Source: an uncultured Bacillota bacterium
Lineage (GTDB): Bacteria > Bacillota > Clostridia > Lachnospirales > Lachnospiraceae
Direction of reading: 5' to 3'
Assembly (NCBI GenBank): GCA_958352855.1
Contig: CATWQE010000005.1
Location: 25,785 to 89,784 of the forward strand
Length of the DNA stretch: 64,000 nucleotides
Under the pieces are notes generated by a model. The model ran no database searches. It was not told the origin of the DNA and saw nothing but the letters and a program-made list of their open reading frames with translations. The translations under genes were made by a program, and so were the position numbers. Below are positions 45,416-55,853 of the stretch, one piece after another (positions within the stretch are counted from its first letter, which is position 1; the number at the start of each line of letters is the position of its first letter).

Positions 45416-47788
45416 TATATAACAAATATAAAACCGCCTGAAAGGACTGCTGTTTTTCAGCAGTTTTTTTCTGTAAATCCCATAAACCGTCCGCAAATCC
45501 CGCAGTTGTTTCCTCTCCGGTTTCGCCTGTCCAAAGGTGAAGCCTTCCGCCATCTGGTAGAATTCCAGAAAGATTTTTTGCTCTTTTTCCGGAAGTTTTT
45601 CTGTAAATATGCGGAAAAGTTCCTGGTCTGACAGTCCCTCAGAAGAGAAGCTATAGAGACGTTCCCAGAGCTTTAAGAGGCTTCTGAAAACAGTTTGAAA
45701 ACAATCATAAGAAGAAACTGCAAAGTAGCCAAGATGCTTCCGAAAACAAAGGGTGCGCCAAAGAAGAAGTGCTGCAAAAAGCAGTGTCACTGCTACAAAA
45801 AGGAGGAACAAGAGGCGCAGTATGGACAAAAGGGCTGTTACAATAGAAGGTGTTTTTTGCCCTTTGCTTTCTTCTTTTTGGGAGAGAGTGGCATCCCCCT
45901 TTTCGGGATTTTTTTCAGGTGTTTCAGGGGAAACTTCGGTTTTTTTTTCTACTGGTTTTGGTGGCTGAACCTGGTTTTGAGAATCCTCTTCCTGATTCTG
46001 GGGAATGGAAGCTGCTGTATCAGAAGCAGCAGGGGTCACTTCCACAGGAATCCATCCACCTTTTCCAACATAGATTTCCGTCCAGGCATGGGCGGAAGCA
46101 TCTGTAATCTGACAGGTATAGGAACCACTGTCCGTTGCCTGCAAATCCTGTGGGTGAATGACATAACCACTGACATAACGGGCAGGAATTCCATACATAC
46201 GGAATAAAAGAGTACCTGCAGTAGCGAAATGAATACAGAATCCCTGGTGCTGGCGAAACAGAAAATCCTCCACAAACTCATTGCCAAAGGGAAGAGGTTC
46301 TAAATTCAGGCTGTAAGAAGCATGCTCCCAGAGAAAAGTCTGGATTTCCCGGGCTGCATCCTGAATCTGAGAAACAGAGGGTTGTTCCAGCATGGATTGG
46401 AACACTGGAAGCTTCTGGATTTCTTCTGAGAGGGCAGAAAGCCTGTTTTTTGGAACCTCCAGATAATGCTTTGTTACATAAGAGCGGTATAGCTTCTCTA
46501 TTGCAGCCTTTCGCGAAGAAAGAGCAGGGGATTCCAGGATTTGGGCATCAGATAAGGCAAGGGGAATGCCAGAGAAGCTTACGGATTTCGAAAAAGGCTT
46601 TTTTAACTCATTAGATTCTCCGGTTTCAAGGTTATCAGGAATCTGCACACCCCAGGGAAGATAACTGTAAGAGGCAGAAAAAGCAGGAGAAAGCGTCATT
46701 TCATAAAGGCTGCTGTTCTGCTTTTTTACAACATCAAAGGGAATGTTGTGTAATAATGAAATATTGTCTTGAGAATCACGTTTATTAGAGCGCAGGAAAT
46801 CCTCCAGGAGTTGGTCTTCGCAAGATTTCCACTGGGAACCTGTATAAGTTTTTCCCACGAACCCTCTTAAATAAATGGACTCTGAGGGACGGGAATCTGA
46901 GGAAAAGTAGAACATCGTTTCATTGTTATGAACAGGAGCGGTATTGCTGAGAGATTCCCTGGAACGTACCTGTTCTTTTGTGCGTGAAGAGGCAGAAGTA
47001 TCAGAAGCAGAAGATGGTTCAAACAAGGCTGTACAGAGTTCATTTACCTTTGTATAAAGAGGCTTTCTCCACTGGAAGAGATTCTGTGAAACTGTTGGAA
47101 CCAATATCTGGGCGCACAAAAAATAGAGAAAAAGTGTGCAGCAGGGAACTGCCAGCGCAGAAATTCCGGGAGACTGGTTTTGCTTTAAAACATTCCAAAA
47201 CAAGAAGGCAGTCAGAAAACAACCAAGGGAAACAAAAGTGGGACTGACGTTAAGGAAAAAATCCAGGGATGGAGGAAGAAGCAGCAAAAGAAGAAGGAAA
47301 AAGGTCTTTTTTCCTGTAGCAGCAAGGTAGAAAAGCAGCAAAAATACACCTGTAGCTGCAGGCAGGAACAGATGGTAGTCATCTCCTTTTAAAACATAGG
47401 ATGGAAATAAGGATATCCCATAGCCATCCTCTAAAATATGATTCAGATTTCCAAGAAAAGCCCGGGTTTCCAGAAGGAAATTTTCACGTTTCAGGCAGAG
47501 AAGAAAAACTTCCAAAATACAGAAGCCAAGCAAAAGCATTCTTTGATATTTTGGTTTGGGAATACTTTGCACTATGGTAAAAAAGAGTGAGAATACAAGA
47601 AGCCATGGAGCAAAAGCTTCTGCATCCCAGGGCTTGGAGAGGATTAATAAGAAAGAAAGCAGAAAGCCCAAAGAAGCAGAAGCGTACAGAATAAAGCGGC
47701 ATAAAAACAAAACTGCATGTTGCCAGGCAGTGGCAGGTTGTGCTGTTTTAGACTGTATGGAAACCAGGGGTGTTTTTTCTTTTCTCAT
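45404..47788 (-). CDS. Transglutaminase-like domain membrane protein (TgpA-like)
   Basis: N-terminal multi-TM region and Pro/Ser/Glu-rich linker. Transglutaminase core with Cys (GFCIHFATAG) and His (AHAWTEIY). A further TM helix near the C-terminus. Confidence 0.8.
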   Translation of the reverse strand: MRKEKTPLVSIQSKTAQPATAWQHAVLFLCRFILYASASLGFLLSFLLILSKPWDAEAFAPWLLVFSLFFTIVQSIPKPKYQRMLLLGFCILEVFLLCLKRENFLLETRAFLGNLNHILEDGYGISLFPSYVLKGDDYHLFLPAATGVFLLLFYLAATGKKTFFLLLLLLLPPSLDFFLNVSPTFVSLGCFLTAFLFWNVLKQNQSPGISALAVPCCTLFLYFLCAQILVPTVSQNLFQWRKPLYTKVNELCTALFEPSSASDTSASSRTKEQVRSRESLSNTAPVHNNETMFYFSSDSRPSESIYLRGFVGKTYTGSQWKSCEDQLLEDFLRSNKRDSQDNISLLHNIPFDVVKKQNSSLYEMTLSPAFSASYSYLPWGVQIPDNLETGESNELKKPFSKSVSFSGIPLALSDAQILESPALSSRKAAIEKLYRSYVTKHYLEVPKNRLSALSEEIQKLPVFQSMLEQPSVSQIQDAAREIQTFLWEHASYSLNLEPLPFGNEFVEDFLFRQHQGFCIHFATAGTLLFRMYGIPARYVSGYVIHPQDLQATDSGSYTCQITDASAHAWTEIYVGKGGWIPVEVTPAASDTAASIPQNQEEDSQNQVQPPKPVEKKTEVSPETPEKNPEKGDATLSQKEESKGQKTPSIVTALLSILRLLFLLFVAVTLLFAALLLWRTLCFRKHLGYFAVSSYDCFQTVFRSLLKLWERLYSFSSEGLSDQELFRIFTEKLPEKEQKIFLEFYQMAEGFTFGQAKPERKQLRDLRTVYGIYRKKLLKNSSPFRRFYICYILGW

Positions 47789-47804
47789 GAGGCATCCTCC
47801 CTTT

Positions 47805-48881
47805 TTATACAGGAATAGTCATGTCATTTGTAAAGGGACAAGGGCTTTGGGCGTCAAAGCCAAGGGTTAAATCGGTACACAAAAGAAGGCGGGTACAGTA
47901 AGTATCACAGGGATATTCTTCGGCATAAAAGTCGTATAAATCTTTTTTGTCTTCATATAAAGTTTCATGAAGCAGGGCATAAATACACAAAGTATGCTCC
48001 TCCTCTGTCCGCACAGGATAGCGCACCAGACTCTGATTTTTTGCGTCAAACCAGACAACCAGATGGTTGCACCTGGCTTCCAAAAGTGAGAAGCTAAGAG
48101 ATACTGTAAATTCCAGAAAACGACTAAACTGTCGGGCAGAATCCTTCGTGTGAAGAGCTTGAAGCTGGAGAAACACAAGAACCGGAAAGCCTTCTGGTCG
48201 TCCAGGGTCGCGGACTAAAAGGCTTCCTGTTCTGGCGCTTAGCTTCCAGTGGATTTGACGCATCTTGTCTCCGGGAAGAAATTCGCGAATTTCATTGGAA
48301 GGAAGAAGAGCGCCTCCTGGAAGGATTTCTTCAAATCCCTGGCTCTCAGCAGCAAAATACCGGGTAGTTTCTTTTACCTGAACATCCAGAGGAAGAGCGG
48401 TTGGATAGAAGAACACCTGGCAACTGAATTCGCCGGGGAGCGGGAACTGTAACAAGGAAAAAGGACTGTGTAAACGCAGATGCTTTCCTGCTATCTGAAA
48501 TTTTCCATAGAGTTCACTGGTGATTATTCCGGAAACAGGAGTTATCTTTTTTCCAGATGCGCAAAAGCGCAAAACACTGGATTGCACCAGATTTTTCTGA
48601 GCATCCAGAAGGTATAAATCCATAGAAAGTCCGGAAACAGGAAAAAAACCTGTATTTTTTACCAGAATGGTAAAGGGACAGGTATCTTTTTGAAAGGTTT
48701 TGGCAAGCGCTGTGGGAAAACGGAATTTCAGACAAAAAACAGCATAGAGAAATTTTCCAAGTCCCAGAACCATACAAAGAAGCAGGAGAAGCATCAGGGC
48801 ACAGGCAGCGGAACTCTTATAGAGAATTGTCACATAAAGCAAAACCATCAAAAAGCAGACGGAAAGTATATTAGAAATCAT
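47805..48881 (-). CDS. DUF58 domain protein
   Basis: DUF58 motif REFLPGDKMRQIHWKLSARTGSLLVRD. ATG at 48881 follows AAAGGAG and overlaps the MoxR stop. The longer frame from 49037 would overlap MoxR by 150 nt. Confidence 0.75.
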   Translation of the reverse strand: MISNILSVCFLMVLLYVTILYKSSAACALMLLLLLCMVLGLGKFLYAVFCLKFRFPTALAKTFQKDTCPFTILVKNTGFFPVSGLSMDLYLLDAQKNLVQSSVLRFCASGKKITPVSGIITSELYGKFQIAGKHLRLHSPFSLLQFPLPGEFSCQVFFYPTALPLDVQVKETTRYFAAESQGFEEILPGGALLPSNEIREFLPGDKMRQIHWKLSARTGSLLVRDPGRPEGFPVLVFLQLQALHTKDSARQFSRFLEFTVSLSFSLLEARCNHLVVWFDAKNQSLVRYPVRTEEEHTLCIYALLHETLYEDKKDLYDFYAEEYPCDTYCTRLLLCTDLTLGFDAQSPCPFTNDMTIPV

Positions 48882-48882
48882 A

Positions 48883-49845
48883 TCAGGAGTCTCCTTTGTA
48901 ATGCTTGCGAACAGAAGGAACAGGGGTGCTTTTAGAAATTTCTTCCAGTACATCGCGGCTGTCCACATGGCTGATTCTGGCTTTGGCATTGAGACAGAGG
49001 CGGTGAAGACAGACATCCTGGAAAACCCGCTGCACATCCTCTGGCGTCACATAGCTTCTTCCCGCAAGGTAGGCGCCTGCCTGAGCCATATGAGTAAGGG
49101 CAAGCGTGCCTCTTGGACTGATGCCAAGTTCCACCATGGGGTGAACTCTGGTTGCCTGTATGAGACTGCAAATATAGTGGTAGATGCGGTCATGGATAAA
49201 AATCTGGCGGCATTCTTCCTGGAGAAGCAAAAGCTCCCTGGTCTCTAAGACTGGATGTAGGTTTTCCAGAGGATTGCTGGTGATTCTTCCTTTTAAAATG
49301 GCAATTTCTTCTTCCATATCGGGATAGCCCAGACTGAGACAAATGGTAAAGCGGTCTAGCTGAGACTGAGGAAGTAACTGCGTTCCTGCAGAACCGGCAG
49401 GGTTCTGGGTTGCAAGGACAGTAAATGGTTTTGGCAGAGCATGAGTGACACCGTCTACACTTACCTGACCCTCTTCCATAACCTCCAGAAGCGCTGACTG
49501 GGTTTTGGGAGAAGTGCGGTTGATTTCATCACCAAGAAAGAGGTTGCACATCAAAGCCCCAGGCTGGTAATAAAATTTATTGGTTTCTTTCCGATACATG
49601 GTAAATCCGGTTAAATCTGCGGGTAATACGTCAGGAGTAAAGGTAAGCCTTTTTTCTTTTAAATTCAAAACTCTGGAAAAAGCGAGAGCCAAGGTTGTTT
49701 TTCCCACACCTGGAATATCTTCCAGAAGGATATGACCAGAGCTTAAAATAGCCATCATAACCTTTTCAATACAATCCTGCTTTCCAATCACTGCTTTTTG
49801 AACTTCTTCGATCACCTGGTGGGCAAGCTGACTGTGATGATTCAT
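48883..49845 (-). CDS. MoxR family AAA+ ATPase
   Basis: GVGKTTLA Walker A, MoxR-type AAA_3 core, 320 aa. Confidence 0.9.
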   Translation of the reverse strand: MNHHSQLAHQVIEEVQKAVIGKQDCIEKVMMAILSSGHILLEDIPGVGKTTLALAFSRVLNLKEKRLTFTPDVLPADLTGFTMYRKETNKFYYQPGALMCNLFLGDEINRTSPKTQSALLEVMEEGQVSVDGVTHALPKPFTVLATQNPAGSAGTQLLPQSQLDRFTICLSLGYPDMEEEIAILKGRITSNPLENLHPVLETRELLLLQEECRQIFIHDRIYHYICSLIQATRVHPMVELGISPRGTLALTHMAQAGAYLAGRSYVTPEDVQRVFQDVCLHRLCLNAKARISHVDSRDVLEEISKSTPVPSVRKHYKGDS

Positions 49846-50044
49846 AAGTTCCTCCTAAGATGAATAAAAATGCGAAAACAAAAGTAACTATAAGAAATAT
49901 TCTGAAATTATTATAATATAAAAAGAAAAAACATGTCAACGTAAAGATATACTTTTCTTGAGATTGTGATAAAGAGGCGGACATGGTACAATATCATGGC
50001 GAAAGAAACAGACAGATTTCATAAAAGCAGTAAGGAGAATAGAG

Positions 50045-50425
50045 ATGGCGAGTGAATATTATAAACCTTGTAAAGAATTGGAACAATGTGAAGCATTGGA
50101 TCAATATTGGGAAAAGAAGCAGTTTGATAAATTTTTTGAAGAGTATTTGAAAATTGCAGAAGAGACCAGTTACCCTTTGGCACAATGCCAGGTAGGATTC
50201 TGCTATTTAGAGGGAATCGGAGTTGAAAGAAATTTTGAGAAAGCATTCTATTGGTGTTTGCTGGCAGCAGAACAGGGAGACTGGGATGCACAGTACAATT
50301 TGGCAAGTATGTATGAAGAAGGTTTGTACGTAGAAAAAGATTTAGAAAAAGCGAAGCATTGGTATTTGTGTGCAGCGAATCAGGGGCATAAGTTGGCTAT
50401 GAAAAAGATTGTTGACAAATTATGA
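50045..50425 (+). CDS. Sel1-like / tetratricopeptide repeat protein
   Basis: Repeating Sel1 units (AQCQVGFCYLEGIGVERNFEKAFYWCLLAAEQGDWDAQYNLASMYEEG...). Confidence 0.7.
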   Translation: MASEYYKPCKELEQCEALDQYWEKKQFDKFFEEYLKIAEETSYPLAQCQVGFCYLEGIGVERNFEKAFYWCLLAAEQGDWDAQYNLASMYEEGLYVEKDLEKAKHWYLCAANQGHKLAMKKIVDKL

Positions 50426-50466
50426 CACGCAAGATATGATTACCCTAACTTAAGGAGGAAGAAACC

Positions 50467-51477
50467 ATGATTTTAGTATTAAAGCAAGGCGCAGACGAGA
50501 GAAAAGTAGAAGAATTAAAACAGCAGCTTATAGGACAGGGACTGAAATTACATTTATCAGAAGGTCTGAATACGTCTCTTATTGGCCTGATTGGAGATAC
50601 AACAGAAGTAAGCGAAGACTGGCTCAATGCCCTGGATGTGATTGAGTCTGTGAAACGTATTAAAGAACCTTATAAAAAGGCCAGCAAAAATATGCATCCA
50701 TTACCCTCTGTTTTTGATATTCAGGGGAGAAAGATTGGCGGAGAGAATTTTCAGGTGATTGCAGGCCCCTGCTCCATAGAGACCAGAGAGCAGATGACAG
50801 AGGTTGCAGAGCGGGTGAAACAGGCAGGAGCCGGATTTTTAAGAGGAGGAGCCTTCAAACCCAGAACTTCCCCCTATGCTTTTCAGGGACTTGGAGATGA
50901 AGGGCTGAAAATGCTTCTGGAGGCAAAAAAAGCTACAGGCCTGCCTATTGTAACTGAGATTATGAGTGCAGAACATCTGCCTTTGTTTGAAGATGTGGAT
51001 GTAATTCAGGTAGGAACCAGAAATATGCAGAACTTCCAGTTGTTAAAGGAACTTGGAAAAATCAGAAAGCCCATTCTTCTGAAACGCGGTATGGCAAACA
51101 CCCTGGAAGAGTTGTTGATGAGTGCAGAGTACATTATGGCAGGGGGAAATGAACAGGTTATTCTCTGTGAGCGGGGAATCCGTACCTTTGAGACTTCTAT
51201 GAGAAATACCCTGGACATTTCAGCAATTCCCATGCTGAAATCCAAGACTCACCTTCCGGTTATTGTAGATCCAAGCCATGCAGCGGGAATCCGTTTTATG
51301 GTGGAGCCACTTACCATGGCAGCTATTGCGGCAGGGGCAGACGGTGTTATGATTGAGGTACACAACAATCCTGAAAAAGCCTTATGTGATGGAAAACAGT
51401 CCCTGACACCAGACGCTTTTCAAGAAGTTATGGAAAAAGTTAAGAAAACAACAGAATTTTTTGGGAAGAAAATGTAG
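50467..51477 (+). CDS. aroF: 3-deoxy-7-phosphoheptulonate (DAHP) synthase, type I-beta with N-terminal regulatory domain
   Basis: AroAI/KdsA TIM-barrel core (CSIE...KPRTSPY...DPSHAAG) preceded by a ferredoxin-like domain of about 70 aa. Confidence 0.85.
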   Translation: MILVLKQGADERKVEELKQQLIGQGLKLHLSEGLNTSLIGLIGDTTEVSEDWLNALDVIESVKRIKEPYKKASKNMHPLPSVFDIQGRKIGGENFQVIAGPCSIETREQMTEVAERVKQAGAGFLRGGAFKPRTSPYAFQGLGDEGLKMLLEAKKATGLPIVTEIMSAEHLPLFEDVDVIQVGTRNMQNFQLLKELGKIRKPILLKRGMANTLEELLMSAEYIMAGGNEQVILCERGIRTFETSMRNTLDISAIPMLKSKTHLPVIVDPSHAAGIRFMVEPLTMAAIAAGADGVMIEVHNNPEKALCDGKQSLTPDAFQEVMEKVKKTTEFFGKKM

Positions 51478-51497
51478 ACAGAAATGGAGATAATTGT

Positions 51498-53678
51498 ATG
51501 AAATCTCTTGTTTTAGCAGAAAAACCTTCTGTGGCCAGAGACATTGCCAGAGTACTGCATTGCAGCAAAAAGATAAACGGCGCCCTGGAGGGAGAGAAGT
51601 ATATTGTTACCTGGGCATTGGGGCATCTGGTCACACTGGCAGACCCGGAGGAATATGATCAGAAGTATAAAGAATGGAAGATGGAATATCTGCCCATGCT
51701 GCCAAAACGGATGGATCTGGTGGTCATCCGCCAGACTAACAAGCAGTATCAGGCAGTGAAAACTCAGCTTTACAGAAAAGATGTAGGGGAGATTATTATT
51801 GCTACAGATGCAGGACGTGAGGGAGAATTAGTGGCACGCTGGATTTTGGAAAAATCCAACTGCAGAAAGCCCATAAAACGTCTTTGGATTTCTTCCGTAA
51901 CTGATAAGGCAATCAGAGAGGGATTTTCTCATTTAAAAGACGGAAGAGATTACAATCCGCTGTATGACGCGGCAGTATCTCGCGCAGAAGCAGACTGGCT
52001 GGTAGGAATCAATGCGACCAGAGCGCTGACCTGTAAGTATAATGCCCAGTTGTCCTGTGGAAGGGTGCAGACGCCCACCTTGGCCATGATTGCAGCCAGA
52101 GAAGAGGAAATACGGAATTTTAAACCAGAGGAATATTATGGTTTTACCATCAGTGCCGGAGGAAACCGTTGGACCTGGCAGGATAAAAAAAGCGGAAGTA
52201 CCCGTTCTTTTCATAAGGACCGTATGGAGGCTGTAAAGGCAGCGGCGGGAAACGGTGTTCTGACGGTGACATCTGTGGAAAAAAGCAGGAAAGCAACTGC
52301 TTCCCCGGGACTTTATGACTTGACAGAGCTTCAAAGAGATGCCAACCAGAGATTTGGATTTTCTGCAAAGGAAACACTGAATATTATGCAGCGGTTGTAT
52401 GAGAATCATAAGGTGCTTACTTATCCAAGAACAGATTCCAGATTTATAGGAACCGATGTGGTTCCCACCATAAAAGAGCGTTTAAAAGCCTGTGCAGTGG
52501 GGCCTTATCGAAAGATGGCAGGCGCATTGTCCATGAAACCGGTAAAGGTGAATAAATCTTTTGTGGATGATAAAAAAGTCAGTGACCATCATGCCATTAT
52601 TCCTACAGAGCAATTTGTACAGTTGGAACATATGACCAATGAAGAGCGGAAAATTTACGATTTAGTGGTAAGGAGATTCTTTAGTGTGTTATACCCTCCC
52701 TTTGAATACGAACAGATTCTTATGAAAGGCGAAGCGGGGGGAGAAGTCTTTACCGCAAAGGGAAAAATTGTAAAGAGCCAGGGCTGGAAAGCGGTTTACG
52801 CGGAAGAGGCAGGAGAGCAGGAGGAAGAGTTCCAGAAGCTTACTGAGGCGGAAAAGGGGGCTCATCTGAAAATTGAAAGGGCAGAGCTGACCCAGGGGAA
52901 AACAAAACCTCCGGCTCCATTTTGCGAAGCAACCCTGCTGTCTGCTATGGAAAATCCGGTAAAATATATGCAGACCAAAGATACAAAGGCGGCAAAGACC
53001 CTCGGGGAAACAGGGGGTCTGGGAACCGTAGCTACCAGAGCAGATATTATTGAGAAGCTGTTTGGCACCTTTTTGATGGAAAAGCGGGGACAGGAGATTC
53101 ATATTACATCAAAGGCAAAGCAGCTTCTGGAGCTGGTACCGGAAGATTTGAAGAAACCGGAGCTTACTGCGGATTGGGAAATGAAGCTGTCTAAAATAGC
53201 AGAAGGAAAACTGAAAAAAGATGTATTTTTAAGTGAAATTCGTGGTTATACCCAGGAACTGATTCAGGAAATTAAAGAAGGAGAGGGAACTTTCCGCCAT
53301 GAGAATCTCACCAATACCAAATGTCCGGTATGTGGGAAGAGAATGCTGGCAGTGAATGGGAAAAACAGTAAAATGCTGGTGTGCCAGGACAGAGAGTGCG
53401 GACACAGGGAGACTGTTTCAAGAGTAACCAATGCCAGATGTCCTAATTGTCATAGAAAGATGGAACTGTATGTAAAGGGGAAGGAAGATACCTTTATCTG
53501 CCAGACCTGCGGATACAAGGAGAAACTTTCCAGCTTCCAGCAAAGACGGGCAAAGGAAGGCGCAGGAGTCAGTAAAAAGGATGTTCAGCGTTACCTTAAC
53601 AAGCAGAAAAAGGAAGCCAGTCAGCCGGTAAACAATGCTTTCGCAGATGCATTGGCAAGACTGAATTTAAAAGAATAG
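51498..53678 (+). CDS. topB: DNA topoisomerase III
   Basis: Toprim (LVLAEKPS), topoisomerase IA core with catalytic Tyr region, and C-terminal Cys4 zinc ribbons. Confidence 0.92.
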   Translation: MKSLVLAEKPSVARDIARVLHCSKKINGALEGEKYIVTWALGHLVTLADPEEYDQKYKEWKMEYLPMLPKRMDLVVIRQTNKQYQAVKTQLYRKDVGEIIIATDAGREGELVARWILEKSNCRKPIKRLWISSVTDKAIREGFSHLKDGRDYNPLYDAAVSRAEADWLVGINATRALTCKYNAQLSCGRVQTPTLAMIAAREEEIRNFKPEEYYGFTISAGGNRWTWQDKKSGSTRSFHKDRMEAVKAAAGNGVLTVTSVEKSRKATASPGLYDLTELQRDANQRFGFSAKETLNIMQRLYENHKVLTYPRTDSRFIGTDVVPTIKERLKACAVGPYRKMAGALSMKPVKVNKSFVDDKKVSDHHAIIPTEQFVQLEHMTNEERKIYDLVVRRFFSVLYPPFEYEQILMKGEAGGEVFTAKGKIVKSQGWKAVYAEEAGEQEEEFQKLTEAEKGAHLKIERAELTQGKTKPPAPFCEATLLSAMENPVKYMQTKDTKAAKTLGETGGLGTVATRADIIEKLFGTFLMEKRGQEIHITSKAKQLLELVPEDLKKPELTADWEMKLSKIAEGKLKKDVFLSEIRGYTQELIQEIKEGEGTFRHENLTNTKCPVCGKRMLAVNGKNSKMLVCQDRECGHRETVSRVTNARCPNCHRKMELYVKGKEDTFICQTCGYKEKLSSFQQRRAKEGAGVSKKDVQRYLNKQKKEASQPVNNAFADALARLNLKE

Positions 53679-53828
53679 CATGAGAGAAAGAGATTGTCGC
53701 AGGATGGATGGCAGTCTCTTTTTTATACGTGTTTATAAATTTTTTAGGAAAAAAATCTTGCTATAAAAAGGTTTCTTGTGTTACTATAGTATAGTGCTAA
53801 AGCAATAAGAGAAAAGGGGGAATTCAAA

Positions 53829-55190
53829 ATGTCCGAATTTAATATGAATGTTACTCCGGAAATCGAAAATCTTACAGAAGTGTGTAAGGAACATAGTAAG
53901 ATAGACCCGTCCCTGTATGGAAAATATGATGTGAAACGTGGACTGAGAGATTTAAACGGAAAAGGCGTCCTGGCAGGTCTTACACAGATTTCCAATATTG
54001 TATCCAAAAAAGTGGTGGACGGCAAGGAAATCCCCTGTGAAGGCGAGTTATATTATCGTGGAATTAATATTGAAGATTTAACAGAGGGATTTTTAAAGGA
54101 ACAGAGGTTTGGATTTGAAGAAGCAACGTATCTGTTACTGTTTGGAACTTTGCCAACACCGGAGGAATTAAAGGAATTTTCTGCTATTCTGGCTTCCCAG
54201 CGGCAGCTTCCTACAAACTTTGTACGGGATGTTATTATGAAAGCGCCCAGCAGAGATATGATGAATACCCTCTCCAGAAGTGTTCTGACTCTCTATTCTT
54301 ATGATGATAATCCAGAAGATATTTCACTTCCTAATGTACTTCGCCAGTGTATTAATCTGATTAGTGTATTTCCGCTGTTATCTGTATATGGATATCAGGC
54401 CCATAAGCATTACAATCTGGATGACAGTCTGTATATCCACAATCCGGAAAGCAATCTTTCTACAGCAGAAAATATTTTGCTGCTTTTGCGTCCGGATAAG
54501 GTTTACACACCTTTAGAAGCTAAGATTCTGGATTTGGCTCTTGTGCTTCACATGGAGCATGGAGGTGGTAATAATTCTACCTTTACCACCCATGTGGTTT
54601 CCTCTTCCGGAACGGATACGTATTCTGCCATTGCAGCGGCTCTTGGCTCTTTAAAAGGTCCGAAGCATGGAGGCGCCAATATTAAAGTGGTCAGCATGTT
54701 CCAGGATATGAAGGAACAGCTACAGGATTGGGCAGATGAGGAAGAAATCAAAGATTATCTTGTGAAGCTTTTGCATAAAGAAGCTTTTGACAAGAGAGGG
54801 CTGATTTACGGAATGGGTCATGCAGTGTATTCTATTTCAGACCCAAGGGCACAGATTTTTAAGCGGTTTGTGAAACAGCTTGCAGCAGAAAAAGGCAGGA
54901 TGGCAGATTATGAACTGTATGCCAGGGTAGAGCGCCTGGCTCCTGAAGTTATTGCGCAGGAACGCCGTATTTACAAGGGCGTCAGTGCAAATGTGGATTT
55001 TTACAGTGGTTTTGTATACAGTATGTTAGGATTGCCGCTTGAATTATACACGCCAATGTTTGCCATTGCCCGTATTGTAGGATGGTCTGCACACCGCATG
55101 GAAGAATTAATTAATACAGATAAGATTATTCGTCCGGCTTATAAAAATGTTTTGGAAGAGCAGCCTTACAAAGCGTTAAATCAGCGATGA
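53829..55190 (+). CDS. Citrate synthase
   Basis: Citrate synthase fold with catalytic His signatures (GMGHAVY, HGGAN) and D-terminal ARIVGWSAH. Confidence 0.85.
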   Translation: MSEFNMNVTPEIENLTEVCKEHSKIDPSLYGKYDVKRGLRDLNGKGVLAGLTQISNIVSKKVVDGKEIPCEGELYYRGINIEDLTEGFLKEQRFGFEEATYLLLFGTLPTPEELKEFSAILASQRQLPTNFVRDVIMKAPSRDMMNTLSRSVLTLYSYDDNPEDISLPNVLRQCINLISVFPLLSVYGYQAHKHYNLDDSLYIHNPESNLSTAENILLLLRPDKVYTPLEAKILDLALVLHMEHGGGNNSTFTTHVVSSSGTDTYSAIAAALGSLKGPKHGGANIKVVSMFQDMKEQLQDWADEEEIKDYLVKLLHKEAFDKRGLIYGMGHAVYSISDPRAQIFKRFVKQLAAEKGRMADYELYARVERLAPEVIAQERRIYKGVSANVDFYSGFVYSMLGLPLELYTPMFAIARIVGWSAHRMEELINTDKIIRPAYKNVLEEQPYKALNQR

Positions 55191-55248
55191 AGGTTTGACA
55201 AAACCTGCCTGTACCTGTTACCATAAGAAAAACAGGTACAAGGAGAAG

Positions 55249-55770
55249 ATGGATACTATGTTTAAAAAATTTTTTCCAGATGAATATCTGGAGTCCACAT
55301 ATAAAATAGACTTTGAGGAACAATACCGTAAGGGATACAGGGGAATTATTTTTGATATTGATAATACCCTGGTTCCTCATGGGGCTCCTTCAGATAAAAG
55401 AGCAGAAAAGCTTTTTGAAGGTTTGAAGAAAATGGGATTTCAATGCTGCCTCTTATCCAATAATCAATATCAGAGAGTCAGCTCTTTTAATGAAAAAATC
55501 CAGGTTCATTTTATTGAAAATGCGCATAAGCCTTCCAGAAAAAATTATCTGAAGGCCATGGAGCTTATGGGGACAAAGATTGAAAATACTTTGTTTGTGG
55601 GAGATCAGTTATTTACTGATGTGTACGGAGCCAAAAGAGTGGGAATCCACAACATTTTGGTAAAGCCTATTCATCCAAAAGAGGAGATTCAGATTGTCTT
55701 GAAACGGAAACTGGAGAAAATTGTTTTGTTTTTTTACGCAAAAGAGCAAAGAAAGAGAAAAAAGAGTTGA
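55249..55770 (+). CDS. yqeG: YqeG-family HAD phosphatase (subfamily IIIA)
   Basis: GIIFDIDNTLVPHG motif I. ATG at 55249 follows GGAGAAG. Confidence 0.75.
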   Translation: MDTMFKKFFPDEYLESTYKIDFEEQYRKGYRGIIFDIDNTLVPHGAPSDKRAEKLFEGLKKMGFQCCLLSNNQYQRVSSFNEKIQVHFIENAHKPSRKNYLKAMELMGTKIENTLFVGDQLFTDVYGAKRVGIHNILVKPIHPKEEIQIVLKRKLEKIVLFFYAKEQRKRKKS

Positions 55771-55853
55771 AAATTGCTCCCAGATATTATAGAATGAAGT
55801 ATAGCGGAAAATAACAGGTTTTCCCAACGGACGAAATAAGGAGGAATATCATT

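Noticed and set aside
45695-46207. Plus-strand ORFs (170, 71 and 85 aa) inside the transglutaminase gene
   Set aside because: They are low-complexity Lys/Arg/Cys-rich translations antisense to the Pro/Ser/Glu-rich linker of the real minus-strand gene.
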